Positions 51,831-64,000 of a stretch of DNA of 64,000 bases are shown here, one piece after another. This DNA comes from Eledone cirrhosa. Lineage: Eukaryota. Below the pieces are notes generated by a model. It was not told the DNA's origin. It worked only from the letters and a program-made list of their open reading frames with translations, and searched no databases. How positions within the stretch are numbered: position 1 is the first letter of the stretch; each line of letters starts with the position of its first letter. The stretch lies in the NCBI GenBank assembly GCA_964016885.1, contig OZ024764.1:16368001-16432000 (forward strand), in the 5' to 3' direction. The translations under genes were made by a program, and so were the position numbers.

Positions 51831-52229
51831 CAAATAAACCTGATTTTTTTTTTTTTTGTTAATCCTTTCCCAGCCCCATGCTTAACTATAACCCTGTTTT
51901 CTGGTGTTAACTTGTTCACATGTGTTTTCTAACTGTAAACCCTGTTTACTATGGTTCAACCCTCATCACAGCTCCCAATATCTATTATATGTATGTTTTC
52001 TAACTCATAAAAATCTGTTCCCAATTTCTAAACTTTTTCATTCTTTTAAAATTCAAAATTGATAAATCTTAGATATTTTTCATAAACCAAAATTCGCAGT
52101 GAAAGTTTGTAAGATGATAGGCAAATTATCCGAACATTATTCAACTTCTTCAGTGCCATAAACAAGATAACTCTTCCTAACATGTTTGCATTCCAGTGTC
52201 ACGGACAAGATAACTCGTCCTAACATGTT

Positions 52230-52478
52230 TGAACTCTTTTCCAACAGTTCATAACTTCAAAGTTATGGACTCCTTTCCAACAGTTCATAACTTCAAAGTT
52301 ATGAACTCCTTTCCAACAGTTCATAACTTCAAAGTTATGAACTCCTTTCCAACAGTTCATAACTTCAAAGTTATGAGCTCCTTTCAACAGTTCATAACTT
52401 CAAAGTTATGAACTCCTTTCCAACAGTTCATAATTTCAAAGTTATGGATTCCTTTCCAACAGTTCATAACTTCAAAGC
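52230..52478. repeat. 36-bp hairpin minisatellite (~7 copies)
   Basis: TTCATAACTT-CA-AAGTTATGAA inverted repeat across each unit. Confidence 0.9.
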
Positions 52479-52977
52479 TAGATGGAGTTTATTGATGTGA
52501 CGTTTGTCAATCAAAATAGTCATTTTACTGAAAAACAACCCAGCACAACAACTGCAGTAGTCAACAGGTTAAACATTTTATAAACATCATTTAAACACTA
52601 TATAAATTCTTAGAAGAAGAAAGGAAATACATGATATTAGGTGAGGTAAAGCCTTTACTGTGAAAATATAATAGTAAATATAGAGTAATGTAAATACTAA
52701 AGGGTTAAGATTGAAAATGTTGAATAAAATACATTTTACTTCTTTATCGTTTAACACGCTAGTAATTTTTATGAGTTGTTTCCCTTGACGTGCAACATCT
52801 ATTAAGGGGAGGTTACTCATATAGTGCATTTTGTTGGCTGTAGTATGCTAAAAGTTATACACATTGTTTGGGTTTCTAATCCTTTTAAAGATTATTATAG
52901 TGTCACAGTGTTCTAAAAGACTACCTTCAAATTCAGTTATTTAGACATTATAAATGAACATCATTTAACCTTTTAAG

Positions 52978-53355
52978 TAGGGCGTCGGACGCCATGCTTT
53001 ACAGCATATGATCTTTTATATTCTGAGTTCAAATTCCGCCGAGGTTAGCTTTGCCTTTCATACTTACGGCGTATAAAATAAAGTACCAGTAATGTGCTGG
53101 GATAGTTGCCGGCCTTGTGCCAAAAGTAGAAACAATTATATATGGACATTATTGAAATATGAAAGGCGATGGATTGACAGTATCGGTAGAGGGTCGGACG
53201 CCATGCTTTCCAGCATAGAGTTACGTCCCTTTACGATCTGAGTTCAAATCCCGCCGAGGTTGACTTTGCCTTTCATCCTTACGGGGTCGATAAAATAAAG
53301 TACCAGTAATGCACTGGGTAATTGCTGGCCTTGTGCCTAAAGTAGAAACAATTAT
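52978..53355 (+). mobile_element. two adjacent Meta-like SINE copies
   Basis: GAGTTCAAATYCCGCCGAGGTT...GCCTTTCAT...AAGTACCAGT twice. Confidence 0.8.
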
Positions 53356-53486
53356 TTGAACATTATTTGATTTGAATGTTGTTTAAACGAACATACAATT
53401 CTATCCTTCTCTTAATCTTTCTCTCCTTCTCTCCTTCTCTCCTTCTCTCCTTCTCTGTTTGGGGATCTGCAATGATGTGTTAAAAG

Positions 53487-53640
53487 GTCGACGTACCTGG
53501 ACAATGAAGAAACTGTGAATCTTCCACGAGAATCCAAGAGACAGAAAGTCCATGATGAAAACTTAGCTGACAGTTCTGCACCAACTCCTCCACCACCTTC
53601 TTTGGTTCCAATGAGAACTCCAAAGAGCAAAAAAGCGTGA
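53487..53640 (+). CDS. SUPT7L: SUPT7L C-terminal module exon C (STYLDNEE...PPSLVPMRTPKSKKA*); donor after 53636 overlaps the stop
   Basis: Long pyrimidine tract, AAAAG| acceptor, 150 nt to GC|GTGAGT; read-through gives GCG TGA. Confidence 0.75.
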
Positions 53641-54067
53641 GTTTGTAAAATTCATAACTTCTATATATTTTTATATTTAAAAAAAAAAAACCCTTTTGAT
53701 ACCAACCAGGCCAATAATTAATAATTTGATACTAACCTAACCCATAAATAATACTTTGATACTAACCTAAACAAAACCAGCTCTGGTTCTGTGAAACTGA
53801 ACCACCAATTTTAAAAGGTTCCTATTTAAATCAATATCTTCCAAAATAATTTTATATAAGATAAAAACTGACCTTGCTCACGTACACCTCTCTAAGACAA
53901 TGTCACTGGATCGAGATCTTTAGCGCCATGCAGTTGTACCGAAGACCCGCCTTCCCTTGGATACAAACCTACAGTCAGGAGGCACCTCCTAACCCAATAT
54001 ACACCCCACCCCACACACCCTACCCCATCCTCCCATTTCCGTTCCATCCACTGTGTCGATGAAACAA

Positions 54068-54460
54068 CAGTCCACACTGTAAGGTGGTCATGTAGGAGAC
54101 AGTAAAAAGGCTCCCAGTCCACACTGTAATGTGGTCATGTAGGAGACAGTAAAAAGGCTCCCAGTCCACACTGTAATGTGGTCATGTAGGAGACAGTAAA
54201 AAGGCTCCCAGTCCACACTGTAAGGTGGTCATGTAGGAGACAGGTTAAAGGCTCCCAGTCCACACTGTAAGGTGGTCATGTAGGAGACAGGTTAAAGGCT
54301 CCCAGTCCACACTGTAAGGTGGTCATGTAGGAGACAGGAAAAAAGCTCCCAGTCCACACTGTAAGGTGGTCATGTAGGAGACAGTATAAAGGCTCCCAGT
54401 TCACACTGTAAGGTGGTCATGTAGGAGACAGGAAAAAGGCTCCCAGTCCACACTGTAAAT
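54068..54460. repeat. 47-bp minisatellite (~8 copies) inside a SINE-like repeat
   Basis: CAGTCCACACTGTAAGGTGGTCATGTAGGAGACAG... units followed by the GGAAGGGCATCCAGCTG family tail. Confidence 0.85.
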
Positions 54461-54684
54461 GTGGTTGGTGTTAGGAAGGGCATCCAGCTGGAAAAAACTG
54501 CCAGAGACACTTCTGTGCGAGCGAGACATGGTCTCCCGACCAATCTTGCCTCAAGTGGAACAAAACCGTCTAACCCATACTAGCGTGGAAGATGGACGTT
54601 AAATGATGATGATGATGGTGAGGAATGGTGATGGTGGTGGTGATGGTGATGTTAGTTACTCAATTTCTCTAAATATCATTTCAG

Positions 54685-54751
54685 GAAATCCAAATCTGGG
54701 CAGTCCTTCTCGCGCCAGTCCACAGCTGCTGCCAAAAAATCCGACAAATGA
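54685..54751 (+). CDS. SUPT7L: putative SUPT7L terminal exon D (KSKSGQSFSRQSTAAAKKSDK*)
   Basis: TTTCAG| acceptor; phase-2 reading is compatible with exons A, B and C; no homology support. Confidence 0.5.
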
Positions 54752-55007
54752 ACGCAGCAGAAGAGGGGGGGGGGGGCTCATCCAGATCCTGTACAGATGG
54801 ATGAATGTATGAACCACGGATCTTTCAAGAAGGTCCAGACACCGGATTACAAAAAGAAGGGAGTTTATAGGAGGTAGGGGAGGGTGGTGGCTTTTAGTTT
54901 TAGGCTTTTGTGGTTTGCGGTGTGAAGTCCTTACTGTGGGAGTGGGAAGTGTTTGAAAAAAAAGGTTGGATGGGTGAGAGGTAGGGTGAAGGGTGAATTA
55001 GATTTTT

Positions 55008-56700
55008 ATATTTAATGGTGAGGTAGTTATATTTAATGGTGAGGTAGTTATATTTAATGGTGAGGTAGTTATATTTAATGGTGAGGTAGTTATATTTAAT
55101 GGTGAGATAGTTATATTTAATGGTGAGGTAGTTATATTTAATGGTGAGGTAGTTATATTTAATGGTGAGGTAGTTATATTTAATGGTAGGATAGTTATAT
55201 TTAATGGTGAGGTAGTTATATTTAATGGTGAGATAGTTATATTTAATGGTGAGGTAGTTATATTTAATGGTGAGGTAGTTATATTTAATGGTGAGGTAGT
55301 TATATTTAATGGTAGGATAGTTATATTTAATGGTGAGGTAGTTATATTTAATGGTAGGATAGTTATATTTAATGGTGAGGTAGTTATATTTAATGGTGAG
55401 GTAGTTATATTTAATGGTGAGGTAGTTATATTTAATGGTGAGGTAGTTATATTTAATGGTGAGGTAGTTATATTTAATGGTAGGATAGTTATATTTAATG
55501 GTGAGGTAGTTATATTTAATGGTAGGATAGTTATATTTAATGGTGAGGTAGTTATATTTAATGGTGAGGTAGTTATATTTAATGGTGAGGTAGTTATATT
55601 TAATGGTGATATAGTTATATTTAATGGTGAGATAGTTATATTTAATGGTAGGATAGTTATATTTAATGGTGAGGTAGTTATATTTAATGGTAGGATAGTT
55701 ATATTTAATGGTGAGGTAGTTATATTTAATGGTGCAGTAGTTATATTTAATGGTGAGGTAGTTATATTTAATGGTAGGATAGTTATATTTAATGGTAGGA
55801 TAGTTATATTTAATGGTGAGGTAGTTATATTTAATGGTAGGATAGTTATATTTAATGGTGAGGTAGTTATATTTAATGGTGAAGTAGTTATATTTAATGG
55901 TAAGGTAGTTATATTTAATGGTGAGGTAGTTATATTTAATGGTAGGATAGTTATATTTAATTGTGCAGTAGTTATATGTAATGGTGAGGTAGTTATATGT
56001 AATGGTGAGGTAGTTATATTTAATGGTAAGATAGTTATATGTAATGGTGAGGTAGTTATATTTAATGGTGAGGTAGTTATATTTAATGGTGAGGTAGTTA
56101 TATTTAATGGTAAGGTAGTTATATTTAATGGTAAGGTAGTTATATTTAATGGTGAGGTAGTTATATTTAATGGTAAGGTAGTTATATTTAATGGTGAGGT
56201 AGTTATATTTAATGGTGAGGTAGTTATATTTAATGGTGAGGTAGTTATATTTAATGGTGAGGTAGTTATATGTAATGGTGAGGTAGTTATATTTAATGGT
56301 AAGGTAGTTATATTTAATGGTGCAGTAGTTATATTTAATGGTGAGGTAGTTATATTTAATGGTGCAGTAGTTATATTTAATGGTGAGGTAGTTATATTTA
56401 ATGGTGCAGTAGTTATATTTAATGGTGAGGTAGTTATATTTAATGGTAAGGTAGTTATATTTAATGGTGAGGTAGTTATATTTAATGGTGCAGTAGTTAT
56501 ATTTAATGGTGAGGTAGTTATATTTAATGGTAAGGTAGTTATATTTAATGGTGAGATAGTTATATTTAATGGTGAGGTAGTTATATTTAATGGTGCAGTA
56601 GTTATATTTAATGGTGAGGTAGTTATATTTAATGGTAAGGTAGTTATATTAAATGGTGAGGTAGTTATATGTAATGGTGATGTAGTTATATGTAATGACA
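55008..56700. repeat. 21-bp satellite TAGTTATATTTAATGGTGAGG (~80 copies)
   Basis: Directly visible. Confidence 0.97.
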
Positions 56701-56944
56701 GCTATATGTAATGGTTCAAACTGCCGTATGAGGCCATCAAAGATGTGAGGCTAATGATAGGTTTTAAGAAAGATGAATGTACGACTTGCTTGAAGAATGA
56801 CCAAAATTTTTCTATATTCTCATTGTAATGGATGTTTTGAAATTAAAGTGTTGTTTCAGTTCTTGTTGGTGTATTTCTTTACTTTTGTAAATGTTTTTAT
56901 TTTCAAATGACCCCTTTAAATATTCAAATCACCCCCTTTTTTTG

Positions 56945-58075
56945 CCGCACAAATGTCGCTGCGGATCCACTGTGGACTCTTTCGGCCTCCACCCGCTTTC
57001 CTGTCGCTCCAGTGTCAACCGCCTCCTATGCCATGCTGCCCTCAACGAGGTCATAAAGCATGGCTTGGATGCTGCAGGCTTCCCCTCCTAGCTTGAGCCC
57101 GCTTTCCTTGCGCTACAGTGCCAACTGCCTTCCACGCCATGCTGCCCTCAACGAGGTCATAAAGCATGGCTTGGATGCTGCAGGCTTCCCCTCCTAGCTT
57201 GAGCCCGCTTTCCTTGCGCTACAGTGTCAACCGCCTTCCACGTCTTGCTGCCCTCAACGAGGTCATAAAGCATGGCTTGGATGCTGCAGGCTTCCCCCTC
57301 CTAGCTTGAGCCCGCTTTCCTTGCGCTACAGTGTCAACCGCCTTCCACGTCTTGCTGCCCTCAACGAGGTCATAAAGCATGGCTTGGATGCTGCAGGCTT
57401 CCCCCTCCCAGCTTGAGCCCGCTTTCCTTGCGCTACAGTGTCAACTGCCTTCCACGCCATGCTGCCCTCAACGAGGTCATAAAGCATGGCTTGGATGCTG
57501 CAGGCTTCCCCCTCCCAGCTTGAGCCCGCTTTCCTTGCGCTACAGTGCCAACTGCCTTCCACGCCATGCTGCCCTCAACGAGGTCATAAAGCATGGCTTG
57601 GATGCTGCAGGCTTCCCCCTCCTAGCTAGAGCCCGCTTTCCTTGCGCTACAGTGTCAACTGCCTTCCACGTCTTGCTGCCCTCAACGAGGTCATAAAGGA
57701 TGGCTTGGATGCTGCAGGCTTCCCCCTCCTAGCTAGAGCCCGCTTTCCTTGCGCTACAGTGTCAACTGCCTTCCACGCCATGCTGCCCTCAATGAGGTCA
57801 TAAAGGATGGCTTGGATGCTGCAGGCTTCCCCTCCTAGCTAGAGCCCGCTTTCCTTGCGCTACAGTGTCAACTGCCTTCCACGCCATGCTGCCCTCAACG
57901 AGGTCATAAAGGATGGCTTGGGTGCTGCAGGCTTCCCCCTCCTAGCTTGAGCCGGTGGGGCTGGACCAAGGGAATGGCAAAAGGCCAGACGGTATGACCC
58001 TCTTCCCGTTCTGCAGTGGCAAACTCCTTGTCCGGGATGCCATTTGCAGCGACACTTTCTCCAGTCGCAACCTGT
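56945..58075 (+). mobile_element. CRE-like RLE retrotransposon C-terminal fragment with an internal ~106-bp segment amplified ~9 times
   Basis: HKCRCG...GLHPLSC (zinc knuckle), HAALNEVI, LEPVGLDQGNGKRPDGMTLFPF...DAICSDT (RLE); tandem copies at 57011-57950. Confidence 0.85.
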
Positions 58076-58249
58076 GCTAGAGAATGGGTCCTAGGTGGTA
58101 GCTAGCAATATGGCTACCAACAGAATATGCCACTGTGAATCGACCTCACAAACTCACAATCGCCGGCCAAACACTCTACCTTCCCGAACCTGCTACCACA
58201 ACAGTTCAGCAAGCTCTAACCGCTACCATCCTCCTACTCCAACTGTTCA

Positions 58250-59275
58250 ACCAGCTCCCACCGTTACCTCGATGAACCTGCTACCACAACAGTCGAGCCA
58301 TCTCCCACCGTTACCACTATGAACCTGCTACCACAACAGTCGAGCCATCTCCCACCGTTACCTCGATGAACCTGCTACCACAACAATCGAGCAATCTCCC
58401 ACCGTTACCTCGATGAACCTGCTACCACAACAGTCGAGCCATCTCCCACCATCACCACTATGAACCTGCTACCACAACAGTGGAGCCATCTCCCACCGTT
58501 ACCATGATGAACCTGCTACCACAACAGTCGAGCCATCTCCCACCGTTACCACTATAAGCTTGCTACCACAACAGTTGAATCATCTCCCACCATCACCACT
58601 ATGAACCTGCTACCACAACAGTGGAGCCATCTCCCACCGTTACCACTATGAACCTGCTACCACAACAGTCGAATCATCTCCCACCGTTACCATGATGAAC
58701 CTGCTACCACAACAGTCGAATCATCTCCCACCGTTACCACTATGAACCTGCTACCACAACAGTCGAATCATCTCCCACCATTACCACTATGAACCTGCTA
58801 CCACAACAGTGGAGCCATCTCCCACCGTTACCTCGATGAACCTGCTACCACAACAGTTCAGCCATCTCCCACCGTTACCTCGATGAACCTGCTACCACAA
58901 CAGTTCAGCCATCTCCCACCGTTACCTCGATGAACCTGCTACCACAACAGTTCAGCCATCTCCCACCGTTACCTCGATGAACCTGCTACCACAACAGTTC
59001 AGCCATCTCCCACCGTTACCTCGATGAACCTGCTACCACAACAGTTCAGCCATCTCCCACCGTTACCTCGATGAACCTGCTACCACAACAGTTCAGCCAT
59101 CTCCTACCATCACCACTATGAACCTGCTACCACAACAATTCAGCCATCTCCCACCGTTACCACTATGAACCTGCTACCACAACAGTTCAGCCATCTCCCA
59201 CCGTTACCATGATGAACCTGCTACCACAACAGTGGAGCCACCTCCCACCGTTACCTCGATGAACCTGCTACCACC
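58250..59275. repeat. 47-bp minisatellite (~21 copies)
   Basis: GAACCTGCTACCACAACAGT..AGCCATCTCCCACCGTTACC..AT unit. Confidence 0.92.
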
Positions 59276-59659
59276 ATCACTTGGCAGCCATCGTCACAGT
59301 TGGCCACAATAAGCCAGACGAAAGACAGACGAAGCTAGGAGACAGAACGGAACAGAGGAAGCCAGCAGCAGCAGCAGCAGCAGTATATATATATATATAT
59401 TTATATATATATAAATATATATTTATCTACATAGCTTTGTATACACAACATAACTATGACGGCCATCTGCGCAGGTATGTATATAAACACAGCTAGTTAT
59501 AGCCGCCAGTTATATATATACACTACTACAATCTCTGCACACACTATATATACACATACACACATATATATATATATATATATACACACACACGCACACA
59601 TATATACACACACACACATATATATATACACTACAATCTGTGAATGCATACACACATAT

Positions 59660-59715
59660 GCATACGTATACATGCACAGATTGCGTGTATATATATATAT
59701 ACATGCACAGATTGC

Positions 59716-59751
<36 letters not shown>

Positions 59752-59900
59752 GCACAGATTGCGTGTATATATATGTATATATATATATATATACATGCAC
59801 AGATTGCGTGTATATATATATACATGCACAGATTGCGTGTATATATATATACATGCACAGATTGCGTATATATATATATATATATACATGCACAGATTGC

Positions 59901-59934
<34 letters not shown>

Positions 59935-60162
59935 GCACAGATTGCGTGTATATATATGTATATATATATATATACATGCACAGATTGCGTGTATATATAT
60001 ATATATATACATGCACAGATTGCGTGTATATATATATATATGCACAGATTGCGTGTATATATATATATATATATATTTATATATACATGCACAGATTGTG
60101 TGTATACATATATATATACATAAATGTGTATGCATTCAAAGATCGTAGTATAAATATCTGTG

Positions 60163-60195
<33 letters not shown>

Positions 60196-60216
60196 CTGTG
60201 TATATATATAGATGTA

Positions 60217-60266
<50 letters not shown>

Positions 60267-60285
60267 CTGTGTATATATAGATGTA

Positions 60286-60316
<31 letters not shown>

Positions 60317-60399
60317 TGTGTGTGTCTGTGTATATATAGATGTATAATACATGTGTGTATATATATATATATGTGTGTGTGTCTGTATATATAGATGTA

Positions 60400-60449
<50 letters not shown>

Positions 60450-60476
60450 CTGTGTATATATATAGATGTATAATAC

Positions 60477-60518
<42 letters not shown>

Positions 60519-60630
60519 CTGTGTATATATAGATGTATAATACATGTGTGTATATATATATATATATGTGTGTGTGTGTCTGTGTATATATAGATGTATA
60601 ATACATGTGTGTATATATATACATGTGTCA
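59660..60630. repeat. two adjacent microsatellite-interspersed minisatellites
   Basis: ACATGCACAGATTGCG(TA)n, then AGATGTATAATACATG(TG)n(TA)n. Confidence 0.9.
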
Positions 60631-61144
60631 CAGATTGTACGTGTGTTTATAATATGTATGTTTAATGCTGTACTAATAATATATGTGTTAAGCCTGCGTG
60701 GGAAGGTGTACCTCTACAGGGAAGTAAGATCTGCTAGAAATAATAGCCGGATCACACTTGACCCCTTTGAAAATAAATAATAATTCCACCTACTGGACAT
60801 AGGACCCCTCCCCCCTCTTCTAACAACAGATGGTCATAGATAGATTGTCTTCGATCACAGGGTTGATTGATCAGAACTTACCTTTGTCTAAGTAATATCG
60901 ATTATATGAAGGACGGGAAGGGGGTCCCCCCCTCATCGTTTGTTGTTGTTTAGCCCTAGGTCAGAGCAGGTCTTGTTCAGATACTATATATAGTGATTAG
61001 GGTTGATTTTTTTTTTTTTACGCCTGTAAATTATTTTCTGGGGATCCCTTGTTGGGTTGTTGATGCTTAAGCCTTGGATATGTCAGAGCCTTGACATATC
61101 CAGGTCGATAATATCGACCCAAATCCATACCAGACATGGCCACC

Positions 61145-61700
61145 CTGTCCTTTGTTCGGATAATATAGTAATTAGGGTTGATTTTTTACACCTGTAAATT
61201 ATTTTCTGGGGTTTCCCTTTAGTGTTTGTTGATGTTTAACCCTAGGTCAAAGCCATCCCGTCTTTTGTTCAGATCATATAGTAATTAGGGTCGCTTTTTA
61301 CAGGTGATTTTTACACCTGTAAATTATTTATGGGGTTTCCCTTTGTTTGTTGTTTAACCCTAGGTCAAAGCCATCTCGTCTTTTGTTCAGATCATATAGT
61401 AATTAGGGTCGCTTTTTACAGGTGATTTTTGCACCTGTAAATTATTTATGGGGTTTCCCTTTGTTTGTTGTTTAACCCTAGGTCAAAGCCATCTCGTCTT
61501 TTGTTCAGATAATATAGTAATTAGGGTCGCTTTTTACAGGTGATTTTTGCACCTGTAAATTATTTATGGGGATCCCTTTGTGATTTGTTGATGTTTGGCC
61601 CCAGGTGAAAACCTTGACCTCTCCAGGCCTACGATCAAAGCCGTCTCTTGTCTTTTGTTGAGATAATATAGTAATTAGGGTCGACTTTTACAGGTGAACA
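61145..61700. repeat. ~120-bp tandem repeat (~4-5 copies)
   Basis: ATATAGTAATTAGGGTCG...CACCTGTAAATTATT...CCCTAGGTCAAAGCC recurs. Confidence 0.8.
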
Positions 61701-62164
61701 TTTCTGGAGGGGTTTTCCCCTCTAGTATCCAATGGTTTCTGATCTGTTTTTGAACGTATCTGACCTTCAAAACTATCGGAAATGTTTTAGTGTTCAGTTA
61801 ACCGAGAGGGGGGTGAGTGCGGCGGGGGGTTTTGAAGGCCACATTCGTTCAAAACACATTAAAATGATCTGAGGTAAATCATAAAATGTTCACCTTCGAA
61901 GGGGACCAGGTGTAAATGTGTAGCAATATCCGAGGGGCTGGTCCTCTTGTTGACTTAAATAACAAATAATTTGCGACCGTTTTGAAGGTCAGATTCGTTG
62001 AAAAACCGGAGGGGAAGCACATTTTCACCTCCAACATCTGAGGGTGGGGCTGCAGAGAAGATTGGAAGGGGCCCATCTTATGTAGCTATATATCTATCTA
62101 GTCACACCTTAATTGTGGTGGTGATGGCAGGACAGGGGTGCAGTTCCCTATATCATCATCATCG

Positions 62165-62788
62165 TATATATATATATGTGTGTGTGTGTGTTTGTATCTA
62201 TACGTGGTTGTGTGTATATGTGTGTGTTTGTATATATACGTGGTTGTGTGTGTGTATATATATATGTGTTTGTATATATACGTGTTTGTGTGTGTATATA
62301 TATGTGTTTGTATATATACGTGGTTGTGTGTATATATATATATGTGTTTGTATATATACGTGTTTGTGTGTGTATATATATATGTGTTTGTATATATACG
62401 TGTTTGTGTGTGTATATATATGTGTTTGTATATATACGTGGTTGTGTGTATATATATATATGTGTTTGTATATATACGTGGTTGTGTGTATATATATATA
62501 TATATATGTGTGCGTGTTTGTATCTATGTGTGTATATATATGTATGTATGTGTTTATGTATGTATGTATGTGTTTGTGTGTGTATGTATGTACGTTTGTG
62601 TATATATATATGTGTATATGTATGTTTGTATATATATATTTATGTGTGTGTGTATGTATGTGTTTGTATATATATATATGTGTGTGTATGTTTGTGTATG
62701 TGTTTGTGTGTGTGTATATGTTTTTGTGTGTGTGTGTGTGTGTATATGTATGTGTTTGTAAATATATGTGTGTGTGTATGTATGTGTT

Positions 62789-62829
<41 letters not shown>

Positions 62830-63060
62830 ATATATATATGTGTGTATGTGTATGTATGTGTGTGTGTATATATATGTGTGTATGTGTATGTATGTGTTTG
62901 TATATATATATGTGTGTGTGTGTGTGTATATATATATATGTATGTGTTTGTATATATGTGTGTGTATATATATATGTGTGTGTGTGTATATATATATGTG
63001 TGTGTGTGTATATATATATATGTGTGTGTGTGTGTATATATATGTGTGTATGTGTATGTA
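62165..63060. repeat. compound (TG)n/(TA)n microsatellite
   Basis: Directly visible. Confidence 0.95.
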
Positions 63061-63468
63061 TTTCGAAGTTTGGCAACACTTGCAGTGATTTAGAAGAAAT
63101 CGACCTCGGAATAGTAAATGGCAAAATTAACCTCAACAAATACCGCAAAGTATTTTCTCCGACGCTCTTCCGATTCTGCTAAACCACTGCCCTCCAATAA
63201 TTGTTAGTTAATGTTTGGGTAGAGTAGCCCCTGGGGGCTGGGGAACAAAACCAAAGGGACCGAGTCGACCCACGCATCTCCCAACCAAACTTTGTTCCTA
63301 CTAGAAGTGTTTTTAAGGGCCTTTTTTTCTGCTCTAAGCATGGGTTAGTTTTGATTACAGGGGACCTTTTTTGAGGCAGTGGTTTACAGCCCTTCCTCGC
63401 ATTAAGCTTTTAAGTCACCTCTTACACAATACAGGGTCACAGAGGACTTAGTCTCAATTGGATAGAGA

Positions 63469-63515
<47 letters not shown>

Positions 63516-63559
63516 TGTGTGTATGTGTATAGGATCCCGATGTATATCGGGAGGCGACC

Positions 63560-64000
63560 CCTTGAGATCGGTGTGGAAGTCGGACCCCTGTGAAGACCTG
63601 AAGATCCGCCTCTTCGTTGCTGTGGTGGAGTCTGTGCTGCTGTCCGGGTCTGAGACTTGGACACTGACCAAGAAACTCACTCAGATGGTGGATGGGTGCT
63701 ACACGAGAATGCTGAGGATGGCTCTGAACATTAATCAGTGTACACTGAGGATGAAGAACTCAGAGCTGTACGGGAGCCTCCCAAAAGTCAGCTCGAGAGT
63801 GACACAGAGGAGACTGAGGTTAGTTGGACATGCTCACCGACATCCAGAGTTGACACTGCACTCAGTGCTCCTGTGGGAGCCCCTACACGGACACACTGGA
63901 AGCGAGAGACCGAGGTTGACATATGTTGATGTCCTAAGGACAGACACGGGTCTCTTGGAGACGCAGGACATGGCAGCTATAATGAGGGACAGAGACTGCT
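63560..64000 (+). mobile_element. RTE-group LINE ORF2 C-terminal fragment
   Basis: LKIRLFVAVVESVLLSGSETWTLT...RMLRMALNI...RRLRLVGHAHRH...RPRLTYVDVL; runs to the window end. Confidence 0.85.

Noticed and set aside
53165-53260. tRNA gene
   Set aside because: A/B boxes are SINE heads followed by SINE body; no full cloverleaf evident
54603-54812. ORF-track reading GNPNLGSPSRASPQ...
   Set aside because: Starts in an (ATG)n repeat tail; upstream donors are phase 2, which selects a different frame for this exon
58095-59275. Mucin-like coding repeat (EPATTTVEPSPTVT)
   Set aside because: The 47-bp unit is not a multiple of 3 and stops occur regularly
59456-63182. Long YI/CV-rich ORFs
   Set aside because: Dinucleotide microsatellite translations

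Overview
Eukaryotic (animal) genomic DNA that is AT-rich and dense in microsatellites, SINEs and MITEs. The repeat landscape is consistent with an octopod cephalopod (inference). It holds two head-to-head genes. (1) TMEM260 (protein O-mannosyltransferase) lies on the minus strand with an uninterrupted 683-aa CDS (5964-8015). Its putative 5'UTR intron contains a ~16.9-kb array of ~259 hairpin-forming 65-bp units with higher-order periodicity. (2) SUPT7L (SAGA/STAGA subunit, Spt7-like) lies on the plus strand and was reconstructed by hand from GT-AG exons between 30874 and 54751. The most unusual signal is its 3' end: three homologous, frame-symmetric exons (43532-43825, 48106-48675, 53487-53636) each start x-x-[YF]-L-D-acidic and end PP...basic. 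Each carries an in-frame stop codon inside its own splice donor, and a short terminal exon follows, suggesting a modular set of alternative C-termini. Other notable items are a ~1.3-kb AG-free run before one acceptor, repeated conversion of TE segments into minisatellites, long foldback palindromes with hammerhead-core-like motifs, a Merlin transposon derivative, CRE/RTE/CR1 LINE fragments, and a possible nested antisense Thr-rich exon. All assignments are by eye and from recalled family motifs; no searches were run.
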